Part shown: in pieces, positions 13,763 to 33,207 of the stretch
Layout: every line of letters starts with the position of its first letter
Numbering within the stretch: the stretch's first letter is position 1
Source of the DNA: the human T2T-CHM13v2.0 reference genome, Homo sapiens
Direction: 5' to 3' (one strand)
Length of the DNA stretch: 64,000 nucleotides
Assembly: GCF_009914755.1 (NCBI RefSeq)
Contig: NC_060933.1
Notes under the pieces: generated by a model
What the model was told of the DNA's origin: nothing
The model's database searches: none
Seen by the model: the letters and a program-made list of their open reading frames with translations, nothing else
Translations under genes and position numbers: made by a program

Positions 13763-14470
13763 ATTTTTGGCTTTTTAAAATTTGACAAATAAAAATTGTA
13801 CCTATGTATAATGTACAATATGATGTTTTGAAATATGTAGACATTGAATGCCTACATCAAGCTAATTAACCTGTGTATTACCTCACACACTTACCTTTTT
13901 TTTGTGGCAAAAACACTTAAAATCTACTCTTAGCAATTTTTAAGTATACAATATATTGCTATCAACCATAGTCACCATGTTGTACAACAGATCTCTTGAA
14001 TTTATTCCTTCTGTCTAATTGAAATGTTATATCCTTTGACCAAGATCTCCCCAGTCTCCCTGCCTCCAGTCTCTGGTAACCACCATTCTACTTTCTGCTT
14101 CTAGTGATTTCAACTTTTTTAGATTCCACATATAAGAGAGATCCTGTGGTATTCGTCTTTCTGCACTTGGGTTATTTCACTTAGTGTAACTTTCTCCAGG
14201 TTCACCCATGCTGTTGCAAATGACAGAATTTCCTTCTTCTTATGGTTGAGTACACAATATTTCATTGTGAGTGTATACCACATTTTCTTTATTATTTCAT
14301 CCAGTGATGAACGTTTAGGTTAATTCACATCTTGACTATTGTGCATAATGCTGCACTGAGCATGGGAGTGCAGATATTTCTTCGACATACCAAGTTCATC
14401 TCCTTTGGATATGTACCCAGCAGTGGGATTGCTGGATCATGAGGTAGTTCTATTTTCAATTCTAATTTTT
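13763..14470 (-). mobile_element. L1MA-type 3' end (antisense)
   Basis: TTGACAAATAAAAATTGTA...AGCTAATTAAC...TTAGATTCCACATATAAG...TTGCAAATGACAGAATTTCCTTC. Confidence 0.88.
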
Positions 14471-14854
14471 TATTTAGCAATAAGGTTTCTATTTACTGAG
14501 CACCTAATGTGTGCTTGACACTGTGCTAAGTACTGCATTATATTATCTCTTTGGACCTTATAAAACCCATATGCTGTAGAGCTTGCTATCATCCTTTCCA
14601 TTTTACAAGTGCCATAAAGAGGTCTTCAGTCACTTAGTAGGATACAGTTAGCAAACGAGAGAGCTTGATTGTGCTGATGGTTTTATGGTTTATCTATGTC
14701 AAAATTTTTCAGATTGTACCCTTTAAGTATGTACATCATTATATATCAATTATATCTCAATAAAGCTATTTTTAAAAAATTAAAGCAAAAGTAGTAACTG
14801 ACTAGCAAGTTAGATGAAGTCACAAGCCATAATCCTGCAGAGGACTCTGATGAA

Positions 14855-15100
14855 GTGAGCCAAATGAAGAGGCTGATTAATGGATCTAAAAGCACAGCTA
14901 GGGTGGAGGAACAAGTTCTAGGGTTCTACAGCACTGTGGGGTGACTACAATAAACAGCAGCTTATGCACATTTTCAAATAGCTAGGTGAGCAGATTTTGA
15001 ATGTTTTCAACACACACTCAAAAAATAAATGTTTGATGGATATGCTAATTACCCCGATTTGATCATTGCACATTGTATACAAGTATCAAAATATCACACT
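14855..15100 (+). mobile_element. L1MA-type 3' end, host of the L1PB insertion (continues at ~21590-21655)
   Basis: ...ACAAGTATCAAAATATCACACT resumes as ...TTTACTCCATAAATATGTACAATTATTATGTGTCAATT after the inserted L1. Confidence 0.8.
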
Positions 15101-17340
15101 GGAGTAGAAGAAAAATGGTGGATAGGAGGCAGGACTAACTTGCAGCTCCTACTTGGCTGGACAGGGCAGTGTGTGGAGACCCACATTGTAAACTTTTGCT
15201 CCAAGAACTACTGCAGAAACATACCAAAAAAGCCGAGAGAATCCACAGACCCTTTGAAGGAGGTGGATTGCTGCTTCGGGCTCCGCCGGACAGCCGAGGA
15301 AGTGTAAGTCTGCTTGCTTTCTCAGCTGGGAGGCTTGTAGCCTGGGGCAAGTTCTCAGCCCTGCTCACTGGGTGCCTGGAAATAAACTCAGTGTTGTTGG
15401 AGGGGCACAGTGAGAGTGAGACCAGCCTTTTGGGAGCTTGGCAAGGCCTGTGGCTGCCAGCTTTCCCCTATCTCCCTGGTAACATGTATAACACAGCAGA
15501 GGCAGCTGTAACCCCCCCTCGGATTTTTAGCTTTTTAAAACTTGACAAATAAAAATTGTGCCTATGTATAAAGTACAATATGATGGTTTGAAATATGTAG
15601 ACATTGAATGCCTAGATCAAGCTAATTAACATACGTATTACCTCACACACTTATCTTTTGGGAACCACACTCCCATCCCCTACAGCAGCCTCAGCAAGCC
15701 CCACCCAAGGAGAGTCTGAGCTCAGACCCACCTAACCCTGCCTCCACCTGATAGTTCTACACCCACCCCGGTAGTCAAAGACAAAGGACATTAATCTCTT
15801 TGGAGCTCTATGGCCCTGCCCACCACCTGATCCTCCCTATATGACAGCAGCTGAGGTGCTCTTGAAAGCATCATCTCTTGGCTGAAGGCCAGCCAACACA
15901 AAACCAGCACACTTAACTAAAATACAACCAAGGACCCTTACACAGTCCACTTCACTCCCCTGCTGCCTCCACCAGAGCAGGTGCTGGTATCCATGACTGA
16001 GAGACCTGAAGATGGATCACATCACAGGACTCTTTGCAGACACTACCCAGTACCAGCCCAGAGCCCAGTAGCTCCAATGGGTAGCTAGATCCAGAAGAGA
16101 AATAACAATCACTGCAATTAGGCTCTCAGGAAGCCCCATCCCTAGGGGAAAGGGGAGTGCACCACATCAAAGGAGCACCCTGTGGGACAAAAGAATCTGA
16201 ACAGCAGCCCTTGAGGCCCAGATATTCCCTCTGACACAATCTACCCAAATTAGAAGGAAACAGAAAAACAATTGTAGTAATATGACAAAACAAGGTTCTT
16301 TAACACCCCAAAAAGATCACACTAGCTCACCAGCAATGGATCCAAACCAAGATGAAATCTCAATTGCCAGAAAAAGAATTCAGAAGGCCAACTATTAAGC
16401 CAATCAAGGAGGTACCAGAAAAATGTAAAGTCCAAATTTGAGAAATCAAAAAAAAGAAATGATACAGGATATGAATGGAAAGATCTCTAGTGAAATAGCC
16501 TAAATAAAAAACAATCCCAACTTCTGGAAATGAAGGACACACTTAGAGAATTGCAAAATGCACTGGAAAGTCTTAGCAATAGAATCAAACAAGTAGAAGA
16601 AAGAATTTCAGAGTTTGAAAACAAGGATTTTGAATTAATTCAATCCAATAAAGACAAAGAAAAAATAATTTTAAAAAATGAACAAAGCCACCAAGAAGTT
16701 TGAGATTATGTTAAATGACCAAACCTAAGAATAATTGGTGTTCTTAAGCAAGAAGAGAAACCTAAAAGTTTGGAAAACACATTTTAGGGAAAAATCAAGG
16801 AAAACTTCCCTGGCCTTGCTAGAGATCCAGACATCCAAATAGAAGGAGCTGAAAGAACATCTGGGAAATTCATCACAAAAATATCATTGCCTAGGCACAT
16901 AGTCATCAGGCTATCCAAAGTCAAGACAAAGGAAAGAATCTCAAGAGCTGTGAGGCAAAAACATCAGGTAACCTATAAAAGAAAACCTATCAGATTAACA
17001 GTAGATTTCTTGCAGAAATCCTATAAACTAGAAGGGATTGGGGTCCTATCTTTAGCCTCCTTAAACAAAACATTATCAGTCAAGAATTGTGTATCCAGCG
17101 AAACCAAGCTTCCTAAATGAAGGGAGGATACAGTCCTTTTCAGACAAATGGTGAAAGAATTTGCCACTACCTAGCCAGCACTACAAGAACTGCTAAAAAA
17201 AAAAGCCCTAAATCTTGAAACAAATCCTCCAAATACACCAAAATAGAATCTTCTGAAAGCATACATCTCACAGAACCTATAAAACAACAACACAATGAAA
17301 AAAAAAAAAACTAAGGTATTCAGGCGACAAATAACACAAT

Positions 17341-21300
<3,960 letters not shown>

Positions 21301-22099
21301 ATAAAGAAAATGTGGTATATACATACACCATGGAATACTACTCATCCATAAAAAGGAATCAAATCATGGCATTTGCAGCAACATGGGTAGGATTGGAGAC
21401 CATTATTCTAAGTGAAGTAACTCAGGAATGGAAAACCAAACATCATCTATTCTCACTCATAACTGGGAGCTAAGCTACAAGGTCACAAAGGCATTAAGAA
21501 TGACACAATGGACTTTGAGGACTCAGGGGAAAGGGTGGGGTGTGAGGGATCAAAGACCATGGTAAATAGATACTAAGTAAAACTAATGAAAAAATCATAC
21601 TTTACTCCATAAATATGTACAATTATTATGTGTCAATTAAAAATAATTATTTTTTAAGGTGAGTCAAATGCACCACAAAATACCAGAAAGCTTCAGAAAT
21701 TTGAAGCACAAAGGCTCTTGGAAGGCTTAGTGGAAGGGCGCTGGATCACAGTGTTAGACAAAGCACCAGGGCCCTTCTCCATCCTGGCAGCCTGACTCCC
21801 TGACCCCTCCCGGCCCTTTGCTGTAGGATCCGCCCCCCACCGCCCTCTACTCTGCTCCGTGACTGGGAACAGTAAGACTTGTCCCTGGCTAGCTATTGGC
21901 ATATTCAGCTTTGTGGAACAAGAGTGGCATATGGGTTTCTACCTGCACATATGTACAGAAAACTAGCATGCCATGCCACCTCTGTGCAGTGCAGCCCCAG
22001 GTGGCATAACCTACCCCTTCTTGTTAACAACAGTTGCAAAAAGTCAGCTTTTTGGGCACTCTCTCTTTAACATGAATAGATAAGTATTTCCCAAACATT

Positions 22100-22548
22100 T
22101 AAGGAAGGCTTCCAATATGAAAGAGGAAAGAGAAAGTTGAAAGAAAGGCCAGGGAAGGGAAGGCAGGCAGAACAAACCAGAGAAAATAGAAACAAGACAA
22201 GAAGCAAAACACTACCTCAGAAAAATTGTCATTAACATCTTCAGAGAAATAGGAGATGCTACATCCGTAAGTCAAGAAAGAGTAGTATAAAAGAGAACAA
22301 TTAGATATTGAAAAGAGCTTCTGAAAATTCAAATTATGACTGCTGAAAAAAAAAACATTTCAATAGAAACATTGAAAGATAAAAATCATGGACATCTACC
22401 AGAAAGTAAACCAAAGGATATGTCTACAGAACAGTAAATCAAATGTGTGCCAAGTAAGAGGGAAAAAATAAAATAAGAGAATCAGTTATGTGGGCCCAAC
22501 ATCTAATTAATAAGAGCTTCAGGAAGAAAGAACAGAGAAAAAAGAAGG
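22100..22548 (+). mobile_element. HAL1-like (L1 ORF1-related) fragment, resumes at 24160-24300
   Basis: ATTAACATCTTCAGAGAAATAGGAG...CAATAGAAACATTGAAAGATAAA; the later TCCAGATTGAAAGGGCC...CCCAGCACGATGGAGG resembles the recalled HAL1 continuation. Confidence 0.65.
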
Positions 22549-22650
22549 GCTTGCGAACAGCTGAGGTTCGTGGAGGGTGGGGCATCCAGGCAGGGCATGG
22601 AAGCTCCGCGTCCCTTCCCCCATCCCTCGCCCTATTTATCTCTTCATCTG
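22549..22650 (+). mobile_element. MER21-like LTR fragment
   Basis: GGAGGGTGG...GGGCATGGAAGCTCCGCGTCCCTTCCCC...CTCGCCCTA...TCTCTTCATCTG. Confidence 0.7.
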
Positions 22651-23194
22651 AGCTGAAAAGCACCAAGGCTTGGCCTTAGCAGAAGGTTCATGAAGGGCTG
22701 GGTCCCAACACTGGTGTGAAGAGAGCTACCTGGGAGGCTGAGAAAAATCACATGAAGGAGAACTCAGCCCATTCATCTTGCTTGGAACTAAGAATCTTGA
22801 GTGATCCATTTCCTTAAAATTCAGGCTTCCCTGGACCCCAAGAAAGAAAAGTGAGTTTTCCAGCACTTGTGTTTATAGGACTCTTGCTACGAAACTGTTT
22901 TCAGAATCAAAAATAAAGCAGATGGCCATCTGAGACTGGATACCAGATTGTTTATATCAATGAGTTGACCCGTGAAACAAAGAAGCAGAGGAACATAAGC
23001 AGATTACAATGGATGCTGGATTTGGACAAGGAATTTTTGACGTGAAAATCTCTTCGAATCAGCCCTTCCTCTGAGGTAATAATCAAGACATATATTGAGT
23101 TATAGCAGAAAGTTATATTTTAGGGACAGAGGGATCAGGGTTACAATTTAGACCTAGGGTTACAATTTAGACTGGTCACCTAGTCACCTAGTCC

Positions 23195-23375
23195 AAGGCC
23201 TGTGTGAAGCCTTGGACAAGACACATGTCTCAGCCTCCATGTCTTTATCTGTAAAATGTGGATGGTAATACTCTACCTTCAGGGTTATTGCAAAGATTGA
23301 AGGAAAAAGTGAATATGAAGGATCTGATGACCTTTCTAATTTATAATAGGTACTTAATAAGTGGCCATTCATATT
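23195..23375 (+). mobile_element. MIR SINE
   Basis: CCTTGGACAAG...ATCTGTAAAATGTGGATGGTAATACTCTACCTTCAGGGTTATTG. Confidence 0.75.
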
Positions 23376-23436
23376 AGATATCCTGTTGGGAAAATAAGGA
23401 GGTAGCATCATTCTTCAAGATGAACAAGACGAGACT

Positions 23437-24158
23437 GGAGCAGACACTCCCTGCTGTCTCCCCACTATTCATTCTCTCTTTCTTTCTTTCTTTTTTTTTT
23501 TTTTGAGATGGAGCCTCATTCTTTCGCCCAGGCTGAAATGCAGTGGCGTGATCTCGGCTCACTGCAACTTCTGCCTCCTGGGTTCAAGTGAGTCTCTGCC
23601 TCAGCCTCCTGAACAGCTGGGATTACAGGCGCCCGCCACCACATTCAGCTAATTTTTGTATTTTTAGTATAGACAGGGTTTCACCATCTTGGCCATGTTG
23701 GTCTCGAAATCCTGACCTCGTGATCCGCCCATCTCGGCCTCCCAAAGTGCTGGGATTACAGGCGTGAGCCTCCGCTCCTGGCCTCTTCTTCTTTATTAAC
23801 AAGTAAGTCTCTTCTTTCTTAGAGGGCAGCGCTATTTGTAATTACAGAACTACATTTCCCAGCCTCTCTTGCAGCCCCCAGGTGGCCCTGCCCCACAGTG
23901 TTAGCCAATGGGACTTCTATCAAAGTCTACCAGAGGTTCTATTATATTTACTCCTTGCCCCTTCCTCCTGCTTCCCTGACACAGGGGTTGGGCTGGGATG
24001 CAGAGGTCATTTTTTGATCAGAAGAGACCATGAGGGGGAAGGCAGAAGAGAAGACAAAGGATAGAAGAGAGCTGAGACACTGGTGACACAATGGCCACTG
24101 CCCCTCAGGACCTCACATTGCAATCATCTGTGCGAGAAAAGTAAACCCTATGTGGTGC
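23437..24158 (+). mobile_element. MLT1J-like MaLR LTR interrupted by an Alu
   Basis: ACTACATTTCCCAGCCTCTCTTGCAGC ... GAGAAAAGTAAACCCTATGT. Confidence 0.7.
23478..23783 (-). mobile_element. Alu (AluS-type)
   Basis: T-rich tail then antisense Alu ending GGCGTGAGCCTCCGCTCCTGGCC. Confidence 0.96.
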
Positions 24159-25504
24159 AAAAAAATAGAAAAGGAGGAAAGAACTGATGTAAGAACATTT
24201 CCTGTAATGAGAGATGAATCTCCAGATTGAAAGGGCCTGTAGAACACCCAGCACGATGGAGGAAAATCCCTGGACCGAGAAGCATCATCACGTTTCACAA
24301 CCTGTGGAATCAGCGCCAGTGGAGCCCACTGTGTGGCTCAAAGACTTAGGAACATCAGGGCCTGGATACCTCGTGCGTGTGGACCACTTACCCAGCTGCT
24401 CCCACTGACTGATCCAAGCACGATGAGGTTGAGATGAGACAATTACACCCAGAAAAGTCAGAGGGGAAAACGCTGCATTAGCATTTGGTTCTAGTCAATA
24501 TCTTTGGATTTCAAGAACCAGAAGAACTTAAGGGAGGTGGGGGCTAGGGAGTTGGAGGTACTGGTGCTCTAAGAATCAAAAATGCTGCAGGACTGAGCCA
24601 GAATATAACTATAAAGTCTTTGGTAATTGGGGTCATGCCTTCCATGTCTCAGGGGTTACATTTTCTCTCTCTCCCCTGCTTCTTTCCAAGCATCTACTCC
24701 CTCTGGCTATTCCACCTTGATGCATAAGCTTGCACAGGGTTCAAAGTGGCCATCGACCTGCCATGACTTTCTGTTCACCCACCTCCTTCTTTGGCTCCTC
24801 TCTGAGCTTGCCAGTTAGGTGTAATTGCAATTGCAGTTCAATGACTAAATGATAATTCATCCCCAAGCCTTGAGACTGGCAATCCTAAGGGAGAGAGTAT
24901 AGTGGTTCTAATCAGCTATGACAGAAAAAGAAGAGAGGGAGTAGAAGGGTCAGGAGAGCAGGGGTAGCATGGAAAAGACCCTCTGACAATGCTCTGACAG
25001 TAGGCATGCTGATCACATGCAAACTTATAAGCTAGTCCAAAGTGATGACCACCGACGGGAAGAAGCATGGGGTCGGGCAAAACTTGCATGGGCTCATTTA
25101 GTGTTGCTGCTGCAGACATGTACTGAAGTATTGATCTTCAGACTTTCACAACTAGCCAGTCAGTTTGTGCACCATCCCTGAGTGGTCTAATTTTCCTCCC
25201 TGGCCCCTATGCTCCTTGAACCCAGCACTTGCATCTTTTTTGTGTTGCATGAAATGAAGAACTAAATGCACTATGTTTACATTGTGTATTTACACTTTGT
25301 ACCAATAAGTGCATAATTGATTGTCTAGTCTGAGTGCTCATACACAGTTGTTTCAATAGAAACCTGATATTAATTGATCGATTAGCAAAGTATTTCACAG
25401 TCTATATGGATAGTATCTCTGATTTAATAAAACCCCAACTTTTTATGTAATGTTTTTTCATTTTTCTCATTAAAGGCATCAAGAAAAGGTTTGTGCATCC
25501 ACTA

Positions 25505-25888
<384 letters not shown>

Positions 25889-26234
25889 TCATACAACGAG
25901 TGTGTTCCAGAAACCTCAGTGATGTAATATGGGCCAGTGTTGTAGCAAAGCGGATTAAATATTTGGGGTGAGCAGGGACAGTTAACACCTGGGGGTTCTG
26001 AAGATGCTTGAGCTGAATCTGACACAAGCCTGGAGGTGGTGCAGTGCCACTTGGAGGTAGTGGGGACAGTTCTGAGACATCAAAGATGGTGCCAAAATTC
26101 TGGAGACATATTGACTAGTTGATGCCTACTTTGTCAAACTGCTCTGGGGACATTAGGCCAAAATACCAAGAACACAGGGACTCCCCTTCCTCCCCACCTC
26201 TTGGGAAGGGCTGCCTGCTGTTTCCCCACTAAGG

Positions 26235-26680
26235 CAAATGGAATTTTCCCACCTGGCCACAACATCTCCCGCATGCTCTTTTGACAATGTGATTTTGATA
26301 CTTCTGCCTTAAAGAGATGGCTGGTGGCTCTGGTGAAGACTGCTGTGGACTTCTGAGGCCAGTCATTGAGGACAACATGGCTTCTGCCTGGCTGTTAGTA
26401 GCTTTCTGGCTTCCCTGAAGCCGCCATGCTGAGAGGAAGCCCAAATGCGTCCATGTGGAAAGACCACACTGAGCGGCCTTGAGGCTATATGTAGAGATGC
26501 CTGGCTGGCCCCCAGCTGCTCCATCCCGCTCCCATACAGCTCCAGCTGGAACCACTTGGAAGGCCCTGAGTCAGACCGCCCAGCTGAGCCCTTCCCAAAT
26601 TCCTGCCCAGCAGAGACCACGAGAGATAAGGCACTAAGATCCACAGTTCTCGCTGCACAGCAGCTCTAGGATCACTACAG
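26235..26680 (+). mobile_element. MLT1H-like MaLR LTR
   Basis: GCCGCCATGCTGAGAGGAAGCCCAA...CCCAGCTGAGCCCTTCCCAAATTCCTG. Confidence 0.7.
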
Positions 26681-28340
26681 CAGCCTCCTATTGCCCACCA
26701 TCCCCATCATGAGAAGATGCTTCCTCTTCTCCCATTTGAGAATGGGCAGCTGGGCCCAGAAGAGAAGTCAACCACAAAGGGACTCCCGGCATTGTGGGGC
26801 ATGATGCCGCATGGCTCTAACTGAATGTGTCTTATTTATTTTGAGACTGAGCCTCAACGTTTCTGAACATCGGAGGTTGACTCTAAGTCAAAATGGTCAC
26901 TCTAAAATTACCAGAACTTTCCTTCCTGTGGTCCTGAGGGTAGATGTCGACATTGTCCTTCTGAGAGAGGCATTTGGAGACCCAGGGAGGATTCAATGTG
27001 ACCATGTATCACCCACAGGGGGCTGCCCCACCATTGGAGGATCGACTCAAATTCAAGATGGAACACTGTAATTATTCTGTGGAAAAATACAAGGCTGTGT
27101 CCTTACAGGTGAGTCCAGCTCTGAGGGGCGAACTTTTTCATGTCAATGGATTTTCAATTCTCTCCACTGGAAGAAGCTGGAACTTGAGGAAAAGAGGGTT
27201 TGGAGGAAGGGTGTGTAAACATGCTGAGCTGGTCTGTGCTGGCCAGGTCTAGGAGGAGAGGAGAGGAGGCCCAGGCCCCTAAAGGCTCTGTGTGCTGGCA
27301 CACGTCCAGTGGACCTTACTAGGATGGAGAGCTGGGCTCCGTTTTATATTTGCTTTTGTTGTTTGTTTGTTTACACTGAAATTTTCCTTGATACAAATGT
27401 TCAATAGCATCAGGTAAACAAACCCCCACTTCTTGAGTTTCAGGCTTTGGGGAATCAACAGACAGACCACACCATACCTGAAGGATCATTTCTCAGAGAG
27501 CTTGGCAGCCTGAAGTGCAGCTGCAGGAGAAAGAGGTGAACAGCCAGGATGTCGGCTGTGTCTCGGATGAGAGCAGGAAAACAGTGTCAGGGTATGCAGA
27601 CTCTCCCCACATCCTCAGGCACCCTGGGGCAAGGGCAGGACTTTCCGTCTTATGCGTCTTATGCGATAGGACTGTCGCCTGGTCTGGAATACGCTCTAAA
27701 TACTTCCAGCCCCGGGGGCCACCGCTGTCCTGTTGGGAGAGCAACAGCCTCTGCTCCCTCCAGAGGCAGCTTCCGTGAGGGCGTCAGCTCTCCCTGTGGC
27801 AGATCCACACTGGTGGCTTTGAGATTAGTAAAATAGATGTGAGCACATCATTTTCATGCATGAGGTCAGACATGCGAAATTGTATTTAAGAGATGTAAAT
27901 TGGCTAGAAATGCGATGGCAGCAGTCTCTCATTTGCATGCGTAGAACATAAGAGTGCTGTGACTCCAGTGGCCTGAATGCCCATGAATGTTGTCCCGGGT
28001 GACTCCCAGGCCCTGGTCTGGAGCGTCCAGGGTTGTCTGACCCCATTAAATGATTCCAGTCCTGTTTGTCTTGGATGAACTTTCCATGCTCTGTAGATGG
28101 TGTGCTTGTGGGACAGAATCCGGTCTGAGACTTGCTTCACAACCGGTTGTGAGGATGTCAGGAGGTACTGTAAGCCTTACCAAGCTCCAGCTATTGATAC
28201 TAACAATGAAAAAAAAACACAAATAACTTTGAAAGACTAAGCTGGCTTAGGTCATTTTTAAAACACACATTCAAGTTATTTTGTGTGGACATTAAAATAA
28301 AGAGGAACCTCAGGCAGCTAAAAACCCCAAGCACCATCTA

Positions 28341-29126
<786 letters not shown>

Positions 29127-29449
29127 GTGTGTGGAGTTTGCCTCTTTTCTTCATCAATTGCCCAGCCTCAGGTATGCCTTTGTAGCAACACAAGTGGACT
29201 AACACTGTGTGTGGACGTTTGTGTATTGGGTGAATGTGCAGAAGCACACACGCGCTCTCAGCAGACACACCCGTGGGCTGCTTCTCCACATGGGAATGTC
29301 ACCCGGCACTGCCAGAGCTATAGAGATAGTGCACACATTCTCACTCTTCTTTGCCTCTGTGATGTCTCTTTGCCACATCACCCTGGGGGTACCGATGATG
29401 TGCAAGATGAGGATAAAGCCAATATTTGACAGATTCTCAAAAAGTACTA

Positions 29450-29532
29450 TTAGGTTGGTACAAAAGTAATGCAGTTTTTGCCATTTTTTTAAAAAGTAAT
29501 GGCCAACCGCGATTACTTTTACACCAACCTAA
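29450..29532. mobile_element. MADE1 mariner MITE
   Basis: TIRs TTAGGTTGGTACAAAAGTAAT and ATTACTTTTACACCAACCTAA; preceded by TA. Confidence 0.92.
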
Positions 29533-30526
29533 GACTTCCCTTTCCAGGAGTCCTTTGGCTCCCAGTTCACTGCTGGGTTTTCCCAGCTCCTCTTAACTTG
29601 CCTCAGTGCTTGAAGGATTCTGCCAGCCCGCAGCCTCCCACCCTACACCTGCAGGCCCCAGAGGCTCCCTGCGGCTCAGCCTGGTGTTGAGCAGTAGTGT
29701 TTGCTCCATCTACACCACAGGAACCAGACTCTTGACCAATTGCAGGTTTTGTATGCACACAGGACTGCATATCCTGGTGGTGGTCACCACCCAGGCCCCA
29801 TGCTCAGCACTTTCATGCATTACCTACCCTCTAGACTAGGTTTTATTTACCCATGTTGCAGATGAGACACGCAATCCAAGAAGTTAAGTAAGCAACCCAG
29901 GTTCACACATTTTCTTTCCTTTCCTTCTCTATTTGCCCTGTAGCCAAGATGACTGAAGTACCAACTCCCTGTGGTCGCTTTCACCAAGCTGGTGAGACTC
30001 AGCCTGCATTACAGCCAGCGGTGGCTCGTGCCAGGACAGCAGCCTCTTCCCTTTAGAGAATCAGGACAGCCAACAAGCAGAGGAGGCTGCGTGGGGCAGC
30101 TCAGGCAAACACCTAGGAGTCCTTGATACCGACGACTGCAGCCCAGTCCTCAATCACATCACTAGAGGTACTTAAAAGATGTCAGCAGGTTGGGAGGGAA
30201 AGAGAAAGCTGTCCTTCTGCTGAAGGGAAGCACAGCCCGACACAGCTTCAGTGTTAGCATTGCATCTTGCTGGACAACCAGTGGCAGATTCTTCCTGGAG
30301 CAGTTCCAGGCTTGAGAATGTGCTGCAGTCTGTGGTTTTTCCAGGTCTATACTTTCCTGGAGCCTCATAACTGATGCAACCTCAAAGGGGATCCCTCTTC
30401 ATGGAGCGGTGTTCAGGTTGTTCACTCTCATGCCTGCTCACCTGGGGCTGTGGTCACTTGCAGCCTGGGGTCATTAGCTGCCTTTTCTCAAGATGGTTTT
30501 TACTGCCTGGAGTATAGGAGCTCTAA

Positions 30527-30953
<427 letters not shown>

Positions 30954-31447
30954 TGACATTCTAATTATTCTTTTTATGATCCCTTCACAGATTGTCATAA
31001 TAGACTCCAAATTCACTCTTGTTCACCCACAAGCATGCATTTACTTGCAATTTGAATGGACTTATGTGCAAAGATAAAAGGAAAATGACCTTCTTTTTTA
31101 GCAGCACTCACTTAGTTCCATCTCTAAAACTAATACTCACTTTTTAAGTTTTGACTATAAAAGTAGAAAAGACCATTGCCTGTCCATGGAGGAGACACTC
31201 AGGCAACTGAGTAGGGCATCTGGGTGCAGCTGTCACGGGAACACTGCACACTCCAGGAGGTGCGAAAGGTCATCCCTGGAGTTACCTGCACATCCCAGAG
31301 GCCCTGGCCTCAAGATGCCCACAAGAAGCTAGTGAGGAAAGACAAATGTGCATCCTCTCTGGCCTCGGCATGGCAGAGCAGAGGGAAGCAGATGGAAGGG
31401 CTCCCAGGCTGGCCCACCTGAACCACAACCAGGATAAAGGCCCGAAT

Positions 31448-31646
31448 CAGGAGGCGGCAAACAATAGCCACTGGCTAAACCCAACCCTTGGCCTGAGTGT
31501 GTGTGGCCAGTCAGCTAAGAATGGTTGTTACAGCTTTGTTTATTTTTTTTTTTAAGGAATATGCGACAGGAACTATCTGGTCAGCTGGTTGGCCAAGACA
31601 ACTATTTTCTATCTGGCCCTTTGTAAAAAAGATTTGCCGACCCCTG
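31448..31646. mobile_element. MER58-type hAT MITE (internally deleted)
   Basis: TIRs CAGGAGGCGGCAAAC and ATTTGCCGACCCCTG; CTATCTGGCCCTTTGTAAAAAA. Confidence 0.75.
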
Positions 31647-32037
31647 GTCTACAGCATGAATGTGTCCCTGGGAAGAGCAGATTGTCCTGACACCACTACA
31701 AAGGAGGCCCAGGGCAGCTGAACTGCTCCATCTCTGCCTCATCTGTTATAAACTGGGCATGGCCAACACCCTGCAGTGGCCCCACTGCCTGGCAAGCCAG
31801 ACCTGCCTCTCCTGGCCCTCTTCATATGCGCCAAGCTAGTGCCCACCAACAGGAGGCGCTGCTGATCCAGCCTAAAGATGTGAGCAAAGAGAGGTTTGCT
31901 ATTATTATCTGGAGGTGGTTTGCAGGCAGGTGTGAGCACATATGGGTCCAGGGCCTTCCAAGTGAGTTCCTCAGTAACCACCCCCTCAGTGCTGTCAGCT
32001 GAGAGGTAGCGGGGCCTCCAGAGGCTCTTGAGATTTA

Positions 32038-32559
<522 letters not shown>

Positions 32560-32733
32560 TTAGCACCACAGACATGTAGGCCACTCGTTGTTCAGTCACA
32601 AGCAGGTGTCCTTCCTTCTTCCTCACTCACCAAGGACGCAGTGTTTATCACAGACTGCATGCACGTGATCATGTCCAGAAGCAAAATAAGCTACTGAAAC
32701 ATTAAACCAGCCTTCCTCTGATCCTGAATCTGA

Positions 32734-33207
<474 letters not shown>

